Notes: generated by a model from the letters alone, not told the origin. Counted from the first letter of the whole stretch, positions 1-12,354 are shown. The stretch: DNA of 61,866 nucleotides, filler included, from Choristocarpus tenellus KU-1152 (GCA_964200185.2; 10 parts of 10 records of this genome joined end to end with filler, not necessarily neighbours in it), one strand, 5' to 3'. Numbers and translations: made by a program.

Positions 1-301
1 TATTTGACCGAAACGGACGCCCCGCCCCCTCACAAACCACCCTCCCCCCCCAGATACTTTTACCCACGGCAGTATCCAATCTACCCACAATGTCAATCGG
101 GCATTTCTTCTCCAAAAGGAACCTTTTCTATTATCCAACCTAGATCATATGCTATGATGTGTTCCTTTATTCACACCTATTTTATGAGAGTTTCGACTGG
201 ATTGACTGTGACTGCTAATAACGCAAGGGCTGGTTCTGTAAGGTGTTAATGATTGCTCATTGAGACTACCTTGTCAGCAGATGTCAACAGCTACCATCCT
301 G

Positions 302-3300
302 TCAAGTTCCTACAGCACTCTCCATTGTATGCAGGGTGAAGCCTTTTTCTTTCTTCGACAACTCATCCACCCCTTCTATAAAAGCTGACAGCACAGGAAA
401 CTCTGTGCCTGCACATCACCTGATCGAACTGCTTGTTTCTGTATCAAAATATGGTGTCAAGTGGGGAGCTATCAAGACAAGGGGTGTCGATGTACAAGGG
501 AAAGCTTGACCCCTGAAGTGAGAGGCACATCATGACCACCAAGGATCGAGACAGTGGATAGAAACAACAGCACACTCATTCAGTATCAACCACTTCATAA
601 AAAGAACACTTTGTAGTGCTTGCATTATACCTGAAATAAACCACTAAATATACGTTCCTTTGTATCTACCTTTACAAATACAAATCCACTACAAACATCA
701 CGAGTAATTGATACATTTTCAGATATTTTTGCAATCTCATCAATCTTACCAATGTAGATGATACCTTTTTGAGCCCTTTTAACATCAAATTATGCGGATT
801 GGACTAAATTTAAAAGAATATTTTCAACATTTTCCAACGGGGGATTACTACAACAAAAAAATGTGCACGCAAAGGGGAAAGCAAAAATAAGTCCATTGCT
901 GACACCGGAAGCAGTCTGAGAACAAAGAAAAGAACTTCTGAGGTTCCTGATACCTTTCCTCAAGCATTCTCCATGTGCTTGGTTGACGATTATCAAATAC
1001 TCCTGTCTCCAGTTGTACTACTGGTGACTCACTTGACCGAAGTGTGGAGTCATACCTTGCACCTCCCTACCATCATGAAACATGATCACCTACCCATCGA
1101 CTACTCTGTACAAGAAAAGCAAGTCATCTAGATCGAGTGCCCTTCATGCACCATCAACACCCTCTGCCCACTGAAGGCCCCATGAAACGGTCAAGACAAA
1201 TCCACAAACTGCACTGTACCCCAGCCACACAACTATCATACCCATACAAAAATTGTTACCCTCAACCTTCTAACCCATCATATGCATTGCTTGTTTTCTA
1301 CCTCTCAACAACAATAAGGGAGACAGTACCCCTCCCATACACATGATGTAAACAAAACCAGAGGCATCTCAAAATGCAGTCCACTAAAACTGGGAAACTA
1401 AAACGTGGCTAGCCCACACTGGGATCTGACCCCCTCATCATCATCTCTCACCAAAACAACCAACGCCTGCATAAAATTCACAACGTGTGAAAAGTGCACA
1501 GCAGTTTGTGGCAGCTGCCACCTCCATTTAGTCACAGATGTGCGACTTTTCAAAAATAAAGATATGTCAACACAAGAGCGGCATGTACCACACGACACTC
1601 ATGCCGTTAAAATACTCGTAAAGCTTCTAATTTAGTCATTTCTTTCCTGGCACTAAAAATAACCATTTGTGGTAAGTTGCATTACGCACACTAAATCCAA
1701 CACACCTGTACACAATACTACATAGTTTAGAAATAAAATTCAGTATGAGGTGATCAGGTGTGATTGTATACCCTCGAGAGAAGCCCAACCACATCATCCT
1801 CTACTTGATGTGTGTGCATAACTCATGAGTACCTCTAGCAAGGAAAGCTTGATCAACAACAAGTGTACTTTCAATTCACTTGTCATAATCCTTTACCCCC
1901 TTCCCCTGACTGGTACGTGTAGGTCCACTTGTCTCAGATAGCGCTCTTGACACTGGGTCATCATAATCCTAAACTCCCACATTCAACAAGCAGAAGGCTA
2001 TGAGGCCACAGATAGCTGCTGATGACTGTTGTGGCTAAGCTCTAGAAACAAGAGAAGAGTCACAAGCACTGCTGTGAGAGTTTAATGTTGCTGCTAGTGT
2101 CTCTAGCTCACGACAACATCAAATTCCTAACATGTCTTTCATATTAGGACGTCACTAGCTACGGGGCATTATTTAGGATTCCCAAAAGCTACAGGCCATT
2201 GCTACAGATCCAGTCTCTCAGATGTGCTGTTCATGAGTCAATGAAGACAGGAGGAGAGGCAGAAGTAGCTTTCAGTAAGTCAAGATTCATATTTTTGCAA
2301 GGGGAGGGGGGGTGCAAGATACAAACTACTGACGGTGCGTAATCGCCAACTGGAAACATCACCACCCTACAACCAATCAAACTGTTGTGGAACCCAAGGA
2401 GAAAGTTGCAATTATCAGAAGAGCAGCACAATAAGCCATTATACATTTCCTGGACGTAGGCCTGTCAAGGTCGACAACTCCCCCTCCCTCCCCTAACCAC
2501 GAGGCGCCTTGAGACGAACAACATCAAAATTGCATTCAATTGCATTCAAACTGAGCCACGCACCTGATATTTTGAGTAGGTTTGTGCAAAGACGAATTCA
2601 AGCTCCTTGAGCTGCGGTCCTTCATGGCAAAGACCCGTCGAAAATCTTTGTACGTCACCTGACAAAAAGTGGTTGAGAGTATCAGGTGTGATGATGGTGT
2701 AAGCCAGTGGGGTCAAGGGTATCAGCAGCAGGCATGGCATCATGTGTGCGCATGGGGGTAGGGGCAAGGGCCATCTCACGTACTGCTGCAAAACACTCTG
2801 AGGAGTGATGTATACATACATACTAGCGTTATACCCGGTGCATGTTTGAACAGAAGCTTCTGTTCCCCAAGACTCGGGGGTTAATGAATGGAATCCACGA
2901 ATATCCCCGTGGTTCAGCTGGAAAGAATGAGGAGGAGAGAGGAAGTCCTTTGATGGTGTGGTGGTTTCCTTGTGAGCAATCCCTTACTGCCTACATTCCA
3001 TCATATATTAAGATGTAATGAATGTATTCGAGTTAAATGGTAGAGCTGTAACCGCCAAGACATTGAGATACTGGGACTGAATCACTTGGGGAGTAGTAGC
3101 CTCAAACGAGACCTTTTGAGACTACTCCGGAAGAGGTGCAGTACAGGCATCTCTATATCTTGACAAAATGAAAGGGCAAGACACTGCCTAATTTTACTTT
3201 GGGCCATCACTCCACCACGAATAGTACCAGGGAGGATTTTGCACCCTGTGTGTACAGTGGTACACAAAATACCTTGATAACAACTAATGCAAGTATCAAA

Positions 3301-3840
3301 ATCTGCACCACGCCCTCAATGATGCCTGTACCTAGCAGCAGCACATGGATATATACCTTGAATTAGGTAAAGGTGTACGTGCATCTATGTTGAGTGTCAA
3401 CAGTATCATACTTCATGAAAAAAAAGAGGGGGTTCCACAGTACCATCAGTAACATTCATTAACCCAACCCCAACAATGCTACTGCCAATAAAAGTGTACT
3501 ATTGATGGAGTGCCATGGAACAAACACCAATAATCACTGCAAGGTATACGTGAGTGGTAATGTCCTTCATCGGGATAAAGTGATCACTCTAGTCTCGAAG
3601 GATCAACACACTTTCGGGAATAAGGCTAACTAACAATAAGGCAAACTAACAGACACCAAGTGCTTGGGTTGGATGTAATGCATCCAATCTGCGAAATTTT
3701 GTAGCAAGAACCTGTCTGAGAAAATTGAACAAACAAAAACGACGTCTACAGAGCCTTGCACAACAACTCAATTTCTCATGAGAAAATATGAACCCAGCAA
3801 GGCGAGGGATCAACCTTGGCTTCAGCCAACTTTTGAACAA
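302..3840 (-). CDS. Possible multi-exon gene of unknown function; exon chain not resolved
   Basis: Several exon-like open segments with splice-like ends, e.g. ~2564-2658 ([31 protein letters not shown]|gtgcgt) and 302-408 ([34 protein letters not shown]). No recognisable domain, and phases are not reconciled. Confidence 0.25.
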
Positions 3841-4928
3841 AAAAAAACACCACAGTGAAACGGCTCACTTCTTGACAGACACTACATGGAGTGCGTGATT
3901 GCTGTATGTACCCCAAAACCACTTCTTATGCCTCGCAAAAGTTAACCAGAACCCACTGCTACTTCAGGCAGGCACACTAGAGAGGATAGACGCTCAGGGA
4001 TGCTTCTGCAACAAGTGTTTTATGCTGCTGAGCTAACAGTGTGCGTGTAATGCTGTGTTCTCAAAATCATGCTACTGCATTCCTCATTTCAGCGACTGTG
4101 TACTAATCTCCTAACTGCTTCTGGCACACAACTTGCAATGGACAGAAATCAGCGTGTTAGTGCATGTGGGTTAGTTGTAAGAGAGAAGTCATGTTATGAA
4201 CCTAGGAGATTCTGCTGCACTAACAAATTTATAGGTTGGGTTTAGTTCAGGGGGGGTGCTACATCCATGGACAAAACAAAAAGGTATTCAAGTGACTTTG
4301 AGGGTGTGTGTGTCTGGGTCAGGGGGGAGGGGGGAAGGCCAACTGGTGACTTAGGATGTTGAATAATCAACATACGTTTACATGACATGCGTAAGAGGGA
4401 CTAATGTCCACATACCATACACGTGACCACCTGCCTTGTTGACGGAAATCCCTTTCTTGAGGTGCTTCATTAAAAAATTATACATATGGACAAAACTTGA
4501 TTTCAAACACACACACGACCACATCTGAGAGATAACCTTGCATATGTATAATCTCAATAGATGTTGACAACATGTCATGTTTTACATTCACTTCTACAGT
4601 ACTTCACCTCAGGTTTCTGATTTGCCGACAAGCTTGACATGCACTCCGCCATGTTCACCTCACCCAGCTGATTCCCCATGTAGAGCCCCATGTCCTCGAC
4701 TGATATACGCCCCGTCCTGTTTGTCACAAATATCAATGAGTTACATCCCCCACATCATGCATGTGAGAAGTACACTACATGCAAGTTGTTAAATGTTTGT
4801 TAAACAGTGGGTAGGTACATGCACTCAAGGTTATGGGTATGTTCAAGGGAAAAATTAGTTGGCCACCTTGTGCACTCCATGTAGACGCTCTTGATCACAT
4901 TAATGTGATGCGTTAGACATCACCATTG

Positions 4929-5026
4929 CTACCCACCTCCATCGCCACACACACTTCAACACAATCACTAACACAACACAAACACTACCCTTCCTCCATC
5001 ACCACACACACTTCAACAGAATCATC
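4929..5026. repeat. Imperfect direct duplication of ~40 bp
   Basis: ctacccacctccatcgccacacacacttcaacacaatca vs ctacccttcctccatcaccacacacacttcaacagaatca. Confidence 0.7.
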
Positions 5027-5987
5027 CCGCAGGGACAAATTCAACCTCTCCTTCCAAAGGCACAATTTCCACCAAAAACCCCACTCCGAACTCCTCGATA
5101 CCGCCTACTACTCTAAGCCAAGACTTCAGGGTTTGGAAACACCATATGCACAAAAACATAATAGTAAGAGATTGCGACAAACTTTGGAGTAACTGCCAAC
5201 ATTCGGCAAACTCAAGGGGACAAAAGACTTGCTGTTTTGTGGAATATTTATATGGGCAAATAGATGCCAAAGAAAAAAAAATTAAATTCACGACGCATGA
5301 AAGCCCCCATAGGTATAAAAAAATTCATACTTGCAGGAAAAAAAGTACGTTTTAACGCCTGCCAAGTTGTTAAACCTGCTCTTTCAAGAAGTTTTCATTC
5401 TTCCAGGCGTTTTGCGCACAGAAAAAAAATACATTCTGATTACATGCCTGCCAAGGTGCCGGAAACCTCATTTGAAGTGATTTTCACGCAGACTGGCTGG
5501 CTCTCTTCCTCTAGATGTACAGACACATACTGAATATATTGCATTCATTTTGCACAAGAAAAGGTTAAAATTGTCATATGTATGAGGTGTCACCTCATCA
5601 ACTCTTGGAACATCTCAGTAGTCTCGTTGATATTCTTTTCGTTGCCAATATTTTCATCCCAAACAAATGTGGGTATAAATATAGTACACAAGACACATTC
5701 ACACATCACAAATATCTTCCATTTTTGCGTTCACATGGAGACATCACCTCAGAAGCTCTTACTCACAATTTACACTTTCTCACCCGCATGCCATAAAATG
5801 TGGGAAAACCAGACACTAATTGCTACACTTTTTTTTTTTATCGTGTTTATAATTTTCTAGTGGGATTATTAATTTTAGACTACATCAAATTTTAACAAAA
5901 AATTCCAGGTTATTGTTTTGGCTTTTATTGGATGGCCACTGGAAACAACCTATTGAGATTAAACGAAACGTTTTTTTGTTTCCCCCC

Positions 5988-6087
5988 NNNNNNNNNNNNN
6001 NNNNNNNNNNNNNNNNNNNNNNNNNNNNNNNTTAATTAATTAANNNNNNNNNNNNNNNNNNNNNNNNNNNNNNNNNNNNNNNNNNNN
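5988..6087. other. Artificial contig linker N44-TTAATTAATTAA-N44 (identical linkers at 13956-14055, 17427-17526, 35148-35247, 41320-41419, 44143-44242, 48087-48186, 54284-54383, 58325-58424)
   Basis: Same 100-bp structure nine times. The palindromic 12-mer core puts stop codons in all six frames. Confidence 0.97.
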
Positions 6088-6447
6088 CCCCCCCAGATAC
6101 TTCGCGCCTCAACACCAACACATACTCATGCACAAACATACAAAGCTGTGTGTGTTCGTGCCAGACTATGGTACATCCAGCATCGAACATGAACAAACAA
6201 GAGGGAACACTCGTTCTCACACAAGACAGGAAAGCTGCACATGCTTCATGGTAGCTTGATAGGATTATATGAGGAAAGTTGCACTCACAGCCAGGCACAT
6301 ACACAAGTCAACCCCCCCCCCCCCAACACACACACACACACACACACAATCAACTTTGAGCACTAACACGCGGGCTCACAAAATACTGTAACCACCGCGC
6401 TTACTCTCACACCCTCAAGCCATTCCCTCAACCGCCCACACACAAAC

Positions 6448-8395
6448 CTTGCTGCAACATCGTAGTCCCCGAATTCTGGACTGCCAACGGTGAGACACCA
6501 GTCTTGGAAGCCTGCTGTGCCAGCTACATAGAGAGACAAAGCCTCCTTGTTAACAACATATGATGGTAGGTCTGCCTTATGCCCTACTAGAAGCTTGCAT
6601 GCTCCAGGAGGAAGGTGCTTGAGAAGAGTGCAAGGTTCAGGGGTGATGTCAGATGTGGGGAGGGTGGAGGGATTTGGGAAGGGGGAAAGAGGGAGAGCTA
6701 AAGACAGTGGATCTGGACTTCAGGTTGGGCTTCTTAGGGAAAAGATGAGGCTTTTTAAGGGAAAGATGAGTTGCACACAGGAGTAGGGTGGTTGAAAGGC
6801 AAAGGCATGTGTAATTTTGGTTGTTGCTGACCCTTTCCTCTAATGTGATTCGCTCTCTTTCATTTAGAGTTCAATCCTTCCTGCATGAGATGGAGGAAGA
6901 GACTTTGTGTGGTTGGAAATTTTCATCCAAAACATTTCAAATTGCTTTTTCACTCACTAAACCTTAAAAAAACAAGTAGTTGCCGATATAACTGAAGATG
7001 ACTTATCTCTGTGTATCTCTATATCCTGTCTTCTATCTTTGCACACGACCCATGCTCCCTCTTCACCGATCAGAATCCCCTTTGTCACCTGGAACCCCCA
7101 CCGCACACATAATCCACCCTGAACCATTATGTACATCACACTGAGATCTCCCCAAAACCCTCCCAATGTCCTAAACACCATGTTCTTCCCCTCCTAGCCC
7201 TAATTTTAAAAAACTCACAAATGACAATACATCATTCCATTGGTCCACTGCCCTCAAGCTCTCCCGGTTGGTGACATCAAGGACGAACATAGCACCAGCT
7301 GCCCCTACCCCCAAAAGGCCATGGTGGCAAGGCTCTGAGTGAAGCACGGAACCCGCCACGTCCCACAAGTGCAGGAATATATCTCGACCCTATTGACAGG
7401 GGGGTCATCAGGGGGAGATTGAGGGATTGGAAAGAGACCCTGGGAGGAGGGGACAGCGCTTGTACCCTACATGGGCGGCAAAGAAGTAGCATATCGTTGA
7501 CAACACCAGGTGCCCCTTGCTAGCCGGAGTGCTGCCACACCTTTCTTGCTATTACTGTTCCAGCAACATACGCATGTTTCTACCCCATCTGCAGCCCATG
7601 AACACAATCGCGGTGATTGCTCGATATGCTTCAAAACTATTGATAAGAATCGGGGTGAAAGACTTATGCCATATTGTGCACTTGCAAAACACTACATTTC
7701 AACAAATTCTAGGAGTCAGACAGACCTGGTACGCTCCGTAGGGTACCACCACCACGTCAAGGCCCAGGGTAGGGATATACTCCTCCAGGAATGGGAGGGA
7801 TGTAAGACGCCTTGTGATGGAGGTCTTGCCCTGCACAGGACCCATAATTACGAGTATATCAGGGGCGAGGGTTGATATTAACGACAGTGACATGATGCAA
7901 CGGTTGGGTACTGATGGGTGGGCTAGGGCTCAGATGTACTACTGGTCTAAAGGGTGGAGATACTAATTGCACGTCATTGACACCATTGACACTTGCGGGT
8001 TCATTCCCAGTACTTCCAGCGTGATGGTCTCAGCTTATGGCAGGGGACCTCTTCAACCATTCGTTAGCATAAGATGGCAATGCATTTGTTGAATCACGGA
8101 CTTAGCGCTCAACTTCACGAAGATCAAAAACTCGTCCTGAGGATTGATAAGACAATTTGCGTTTTGACGCAAGCACACTTTCGTTCAGCTCTACCATCCA
8201 TCATAATACTAAGGGCAAGATTAAAAAGGAGAAATTGTGCAGCGTTCGACCAAAGGCTCCGTGTCGCACGAGTCCAATGATAATAATGGTGTGTATAGAG
8301 TAATCAACACTCACCACTTTTGGTGCACCCACGAGGAGAATCTTTAGTACAATCTCTTTGTCCCCTTTCCCTTCCCACGCAACCCTCGAAGACAT
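6448..8395 (-). CDS. Divergent Rab-like small GTPase, 3'-partial. Exons 8395(or 8431)-8315, 7830-7726, 7389-7219, 6617-6448.
   Basis: Phase-compatible GT-AG splicing gives MSSRVAWEGKGDKEIVLKILLVGAPKV|GKTSITRRLTSLPFLEEYIPTLGLDVVVVPYGAYQ|GRDIFLHLWDVAGS...GAMFVLDVTNRESLRAVDQWNDVLSF|HLPPGACKLLVGHKADLP.... This contains G1 (GAPKVGKTS), G2 (PTLGLD), G3 (WDVAG) and G4-like (HKAD) motifs in order. Confidence 0.88.
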
Positions 8396-8431
8396 TATGG
8401 TGGATTTCCCTAATTCCCCTCCTACAGGCAT

Positions 8432-8619
8432 CCATCTAACTGTCGCCTGTCTCGACAGCGTAGAACATCTCCTACTTGGGTTGAAATGAATTTTGGAAAA
8501 TTCAAATCAATAACTAGGTAGCGCTACGGGGCACCCCATGGCCCAATTTCCATCTTTTCAACTCAACAAAATTCAGTTTGCCTCCCTTGACACAACTTTG
8601 GGGACCACCATAATGAAGG
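8432..8619. promoter_or_regulatory. Putative bidirectional promoter between the Rab-like and FANCB-like genes
   Basis: Divergent start codons only ~190-225 bp apart on the same contig. Confidence 0.5.
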
Positions 8620-11600
8620 ATGAGCACGGCCAGCAACGGGCAATCGAAGAGACCCAAGAAAAATTCGCGTCCACGAACGGGGGGACGAGAGTCATCATTG
8701 CCGCACCTCTATGGTCCTTTAGCCTGCACATCGGACGCGGCCATTCTTCAAGGTTACCTGTCCTTCGAGTCCTTACCCTCGAACAAGAGTGTCAACATTG
8801 CAAACAAAGACGCATCCATAAGCAGCGATCTCCACATCTCCGAGGCACGTTTCGATGTGGCCAAGCGTCGGTTCGGTGGTCACGCAAAACGCGTGGTCCT
8901 GACAGGCCCTGGTGTTGGTGTTGGCGGTGTTTGCCTTGGCAAGACAGCAACAATAGTGGATATGCAGGAAGTCATGCACTATGGGTTGCATTGCCGATGT
9001 GTATTCGTACTCATTTTCGAAGGATATGGAAAGGAAGATGGTGGGTTGGGCGTTGGGATGAGCCAGGGAAGAGAAGTTGATGAGAAGTTGGGTGAACACA
9101 GTTCAGGGGAGAAGCAGCACACTGCGCACCTAGTGACCTTGTCTCCAAATGATATTTTCACTGCGCTCTCGGTGGATTCTTTTTATTTTACGCTTCCTGG
9201 TGATGGTGTGAGTGACAGCAAGAGTAGAGATGGGTGTAGCGATGGCGGCAATGGTTGTAAAGAGGTCACCTCGCAAGCGTTCGCTATTTTGGATGGGCCC
9301 GCTGTAATTCGTAAGACTGGATGCAATTTTGATGCGCCATGGCAAGGACTAGAATTGTTCTCGCACAACACAGCCTCTCCCTGGACATCACAACGGCTCT
9401 CACCTCCCGCTGGTTGGGCAGAGGGGAAGCGTGTCCAGAACGAGAGTATGAGGACAGGAGGTAGAAAGGGCAAATTTGCTCAATGGGACAGACTCCAGTT
9501 GAACCTGAACGTCGCCGCAGGGGGCGAGAGGGAGTGGTCGACTAGCCCCCCGGATCCACCATTTCTAGATAATAAAGGGGGGACTCACCCCCCGCTGGTG
9601 GTATGCCAGCTTGGTGAATATGGCAAGGAGGGAGTTGGTAGTTCCGCACACTTCAGTAGGACTGGTGGAAGTGAATACAAGAACTCGGCGCTACTGGCAG
9701 TGCAACAGGGGCTAGGAAGAGTGCAGCAGGATTTCTGCTGGGCGACCTTGTCTGCAAACATGAACGAGGGAGGAGAATCCACCCTTGCCTCTTGGCACGG
9801 CCTCCCCAGGGAGTGGCAAGATCGCATGACGTGCTTGTGTCCTGCCCCAGGGCGCTCTGTGGCTGTGGGACTTACGGCAGCGCAAGGATTTGGGACAATT
9901 AGCGAGGGACTTGGTGGTTCAGGTGACGTACTCCTTGATACTGTACCCCCAACCTTGTATGTAGGTGCAAGGGCAAACTCAGGAGGGTGTGGACGCGCAG
10001 GTGAGGAACAGCGGAGCAGAAGAGACCAACCAGGCGAGGGTGTGCTCCTTGCAGTTTGTGGTGGTGCTCTGTCATGTGACCGGCAGCTCCCGGCCCCTCC
10101 ATTATCGGTTACTGTAGCAGCTGTTGATGATGCGGAGGGTGTGGTAGCTGTGGTCCTGTCTGATGTTGAACAAACAGCCCTCATTCTTGCACGGGATGGG
10201 TCGGATCTCCTGCCTATTGAGGAATACCGAGGGGTGGGGCAGTTGTTTGTTGGTGACTTCCTCAGCAATGGTAGGGAACAAGTTGCTCTGATTCCCTCTT
10301 CTGGCACCAACCAACACCCGGCTCAACCTAACAGTGGTAGGTGTGGGGTAGGAAGTCGCTGGGAGCAGACTCCCTTGAAGACCATTGTGAAGAGAGCCCT
10401 AGTGACAGACTGTTCCTGTATCTGGGGCCAAGGAAATAAGGATGATACGTTGCCAGAAACTGGACACATTCGACTCTCCCGGGAAGTTTCCAGTGTCGGT
10501 GGTAGCAGTGGTGTGCGTGAGGAGGGTCCCGCTAGGAAAAGACAGTGCTATCGAGATGAGGCTACCAAACGGGAATCCACAATGGACCAGCCTGTTGCGG
10601 GATCAGGGGGGACAGGGCAAAAAGGGGAGAAAGGCAAGGGAAAGGAGGTTGGTGCACCTCAAGATTTGTCTACAACCATGACTAAATCTCGTCGCAGTAT
10701 TGATGAAAGGGGGGATGCACGTCTAAGTCGTCTGTCGAGCGTGGCAGATGTTCTACGGCATCGTGTCCGGACAGAAGAAGCCAGGCTGTTAGGTCTTCAG
10801 AGGGCTAGTGAAGAGAAGGAAGCACTGCTGATAGCGGCCAGGACCGCTCTGACAAGGCAGGCATACCGAGGCACCTACTCCACAGGACAATCTTCAGCTA
10901 CCTTGACAGGAATAGAAGTAGGGGAGGGGTCAAAACAAGAGACAGCACAATCGGTAGCATCATCGTCCCGAAAAAAGTCACCACCATTTCGAGAAGCACA
11001 GAAGGCTTTTGAGAATGATCTCGTCCCTTGCTTTCCATCAGGAAGAGCTGTGCACACATCCGACCAAAGCTCTGCCAACCTTTCAAAACAGTCCCATGGC
11101 ATGATGCTGCGGTGCAAGATTGTACGCCTGCGTTTCCATGCCCCTTCACGCACCTTGTGTGTGGATGCTCAGGCAGAGAACCCCCTCAGGCACAGTGCAT
11201 GCGATCACTCCGCGGGCTCAGGGTCAGAGACAGGGACAGAAGCGGAAAGGACCAATGCAGACGCAGAACAAGCTGACACTGGCAGTAACTCAGCAGCTGT
11301 CAACACAATAGCCCTGACCTTGTCGGCCGATGGGGGCTGTGTGTCAACTCACAGTGCAGTGTGCCCCCGCTTGGCGCCTGGGGAAGGTACAACTCTTCGT
11401 GCTTGTGCTGAGATCCACCCCGGCCTTCTCCCTGGGGGGTGTACAGCCTCCTTGTACCTTTCATGCTCGTGGATATGGGAAGGGTCTAGCCCCATTGTCA
11501 ACGATGCCAACACCAACGAGCCAGGGCATGGAAAACAGAACCGCAGTGTTGTGAGTACTAGAGAGTGGGCAGGAGCTCAGAGAGACTTAGCAGGCTCCGT

Positions 11601-12354
11601 TATCTTTGCCAGAGTCTGTATCTCCCCCCAGGATATACTGGGCGTAGGGAGCTTTGGAATGGATTCAACAGTGCTGCAGAAGATCACCATCCCCAGTGCA
11701 GGTGCAGCAGTGGAAACGGTGGAGCAGACCGAGGACTACGAGCCTGAGCACAACATTGGTGCCCGCATGGACCTGTTGGTGCAGTCAAGGACAGCTAGCC
11801 TTGAGGCTCTCCCCCAAGCGGTGAGGTCCCTGTCGGAGGTTCTGTTCCTACCAGAGCCCTGGGCAGGTGGTGCGCGGGCAATGGTGAGACGTGATGTGAC
11901 AGCATTCAGTTCAGAGCGTGCTGCGGAGGCAACCCTCCGTGCCCCTGCGCTGGGAGCTGCAGCGGCAGTCCTCTTACAGGTAGTTCGTGGTTTATTACCC
12001 GACGGGGTGACAGCAGGACCTTCCCATGCTTCAGAGGAGGGATTGGCTCTCATCTCTGCAGTTGTGGGGGCGTTGAGGGCAGAGCTGGTTGCTCTTCAAG
12101 AATTTGCTGGGGGGATAAGGGTTAGGGCTGGGGATGGCCAAGTGAGGGGATCAAGTGCAGGTCAGGATGACGACCCGACCAGCGCGGCTACACAGGAATT
12201 GGGGACAGGGGGGGTGAGTGCGGATGTGGAAGTTAATGCTGCACTCAATGCCTATGTGCAGGCACAGGGGAGGACAGATCTGTTGGTGTCCCGACTGATA
12301 GGTCGTATTGTGGCGGCTGGGGGATGGGACAACAGCAGCAGAAGGGAGGCTTGA
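8620..12354 (+). CDS. FANCB: FANCB-like protein (Fanconi anaemia core complex subunit B family), one uninterrupted 1244-aa ORF
   Basis: By far the longest ORF. VGQLFVGDFLSNGREQVALI...ALVTD (from ~10234) resembles the FANCB DDFIGSGTEQVLLLF...ITD motif. It is followed by a coiled-coil-like segment (RLSSVADVLRHRVRTEEARLLGLQRASEEKEALL), a beta-rich region and a C-terminal helix (YVQAQGRTDLLVSRL). Assignment is from recalled motifs, not a database search. Confidence 0.68.
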   Translation: MSTASNGQSKRPKKNSRPRTGGRESSLPHLYGPLACTSDAAILQGYLSFESLPSNKSVNIANKDASISSDLHISEARFDVAKRRFGGHAKRVVLTGPGVGVGGVCLGKTATIVDMQEVMHYGLHCRCVFVLIFEGYGKEDGGLGVGMSQGREVDEKLGEHSSGEKQHTAHLVTLSPNDIFTALSVDSFYFTLPGDGVSDSKSRDGCSDGGNGCKEVTSQAFAILDGPAVIRKTGCNFDAPWQGLELFSHNTASPWTSQRLSPPAGWAEGKRVQNESMRTGGRKGKFAQWDRLQLNLNVAAGGEREWSTSPPDPPFLDNKGGTHPPLVVCQLGEYGKEGVGSSAHFSRTGGSEYKNSALLAVQQGLGRVQQDFCWATLSANMNEGGESTLASWHGLPREWQDRMTCLCPAPGRSVAVGLTAAQGFGTISEGLGGSGDVLLDTVPPTLYVGARANSGGCGRAGEEQRSRRDQPGEGVLLAVCGGALSCDRQLPAPPLSVTVAAVDDAEGVVAVVLSDVEQTALILARDGSDLLPIEEYRGVGQLFVGDFLSNGREQVALIPSSGTNQHPAQPNSGRCGVGSRWEQTPLKTIVKRALVTDCSCIWGQGNKDDTLPETGHIRLSREVSSVGGSSGVREEGPARKRQCYRDEATKRESTMDQPVAGSGGTGQKGEKGKGKEVGAPQDLSTTMTKSRRSIDERGDARLSRLSSVADVLRHRVRTEEARLLGLQRASEEKEALLIAARTALTRQAYRGTYSTGQSSATLTGIEVGEGSKQETAQSVASSSRKKSPPFREAQKAFENDLVPCFPSGRAVHTSDQSSANLSKQSHGMMLRCKIVRLRFHAPSRTLCVDAQAENPLRHSACDHSAGSGSETGTEAERTNADAEQADTGSNSAAVNTIALTLSADGGCVSTHSAVCPRLAPGEGTTLRACAEIHPGLLPGGCTASLYLSCSWIWEGSSPIVNDANTNEPGHGKQNRSVVSTREWAGAQRDLAGSVIFARVCISPQDILGVGSFGMDSTVLQKITIPSAGAAVETVEQTEDYEPEHNIGARMDLLVQSRTASLEALPQAVRSLSEVLFLPEPWAGGARAMVRRDVTAFSSERAAEATLRAPALGAAAAVLLQVVRGLLPDGVTAGPSHASEEGLALISAVVGALRAELVALQEFAGGIRVRAGDGQVRGSSAGQDDDPTSAATQELGTGGVSADVEVNAALNAYVQAQGRTDLLVSRLIGRIVAAGGWDNSSRREA

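Noticed and set aside
6032-6043. Recurring TTAATTAATTAA palindrome as a biological repeat or array
   Set aside because: It is always centred between two runs of 44 N, so it is an assembly spacer. ORFs ending in X...LIN are artefacts.
8501-8506. TTCAAA as a reverse CHR cell-cycle element in the FANCB promoter
   Set aside because: A single hexamer in AT-rich DNA, and I know of no evidence that the animal CHR/DREAM code applies in this lineage.
8538-12053. Overlapping and antisense ORFs within the FANCB-like ORF (e.g. 9585-10310, 8538-9080)
   Set aside because: Expected shadow ORFs of GC-rich coding sequence, with no recognisable motifs.
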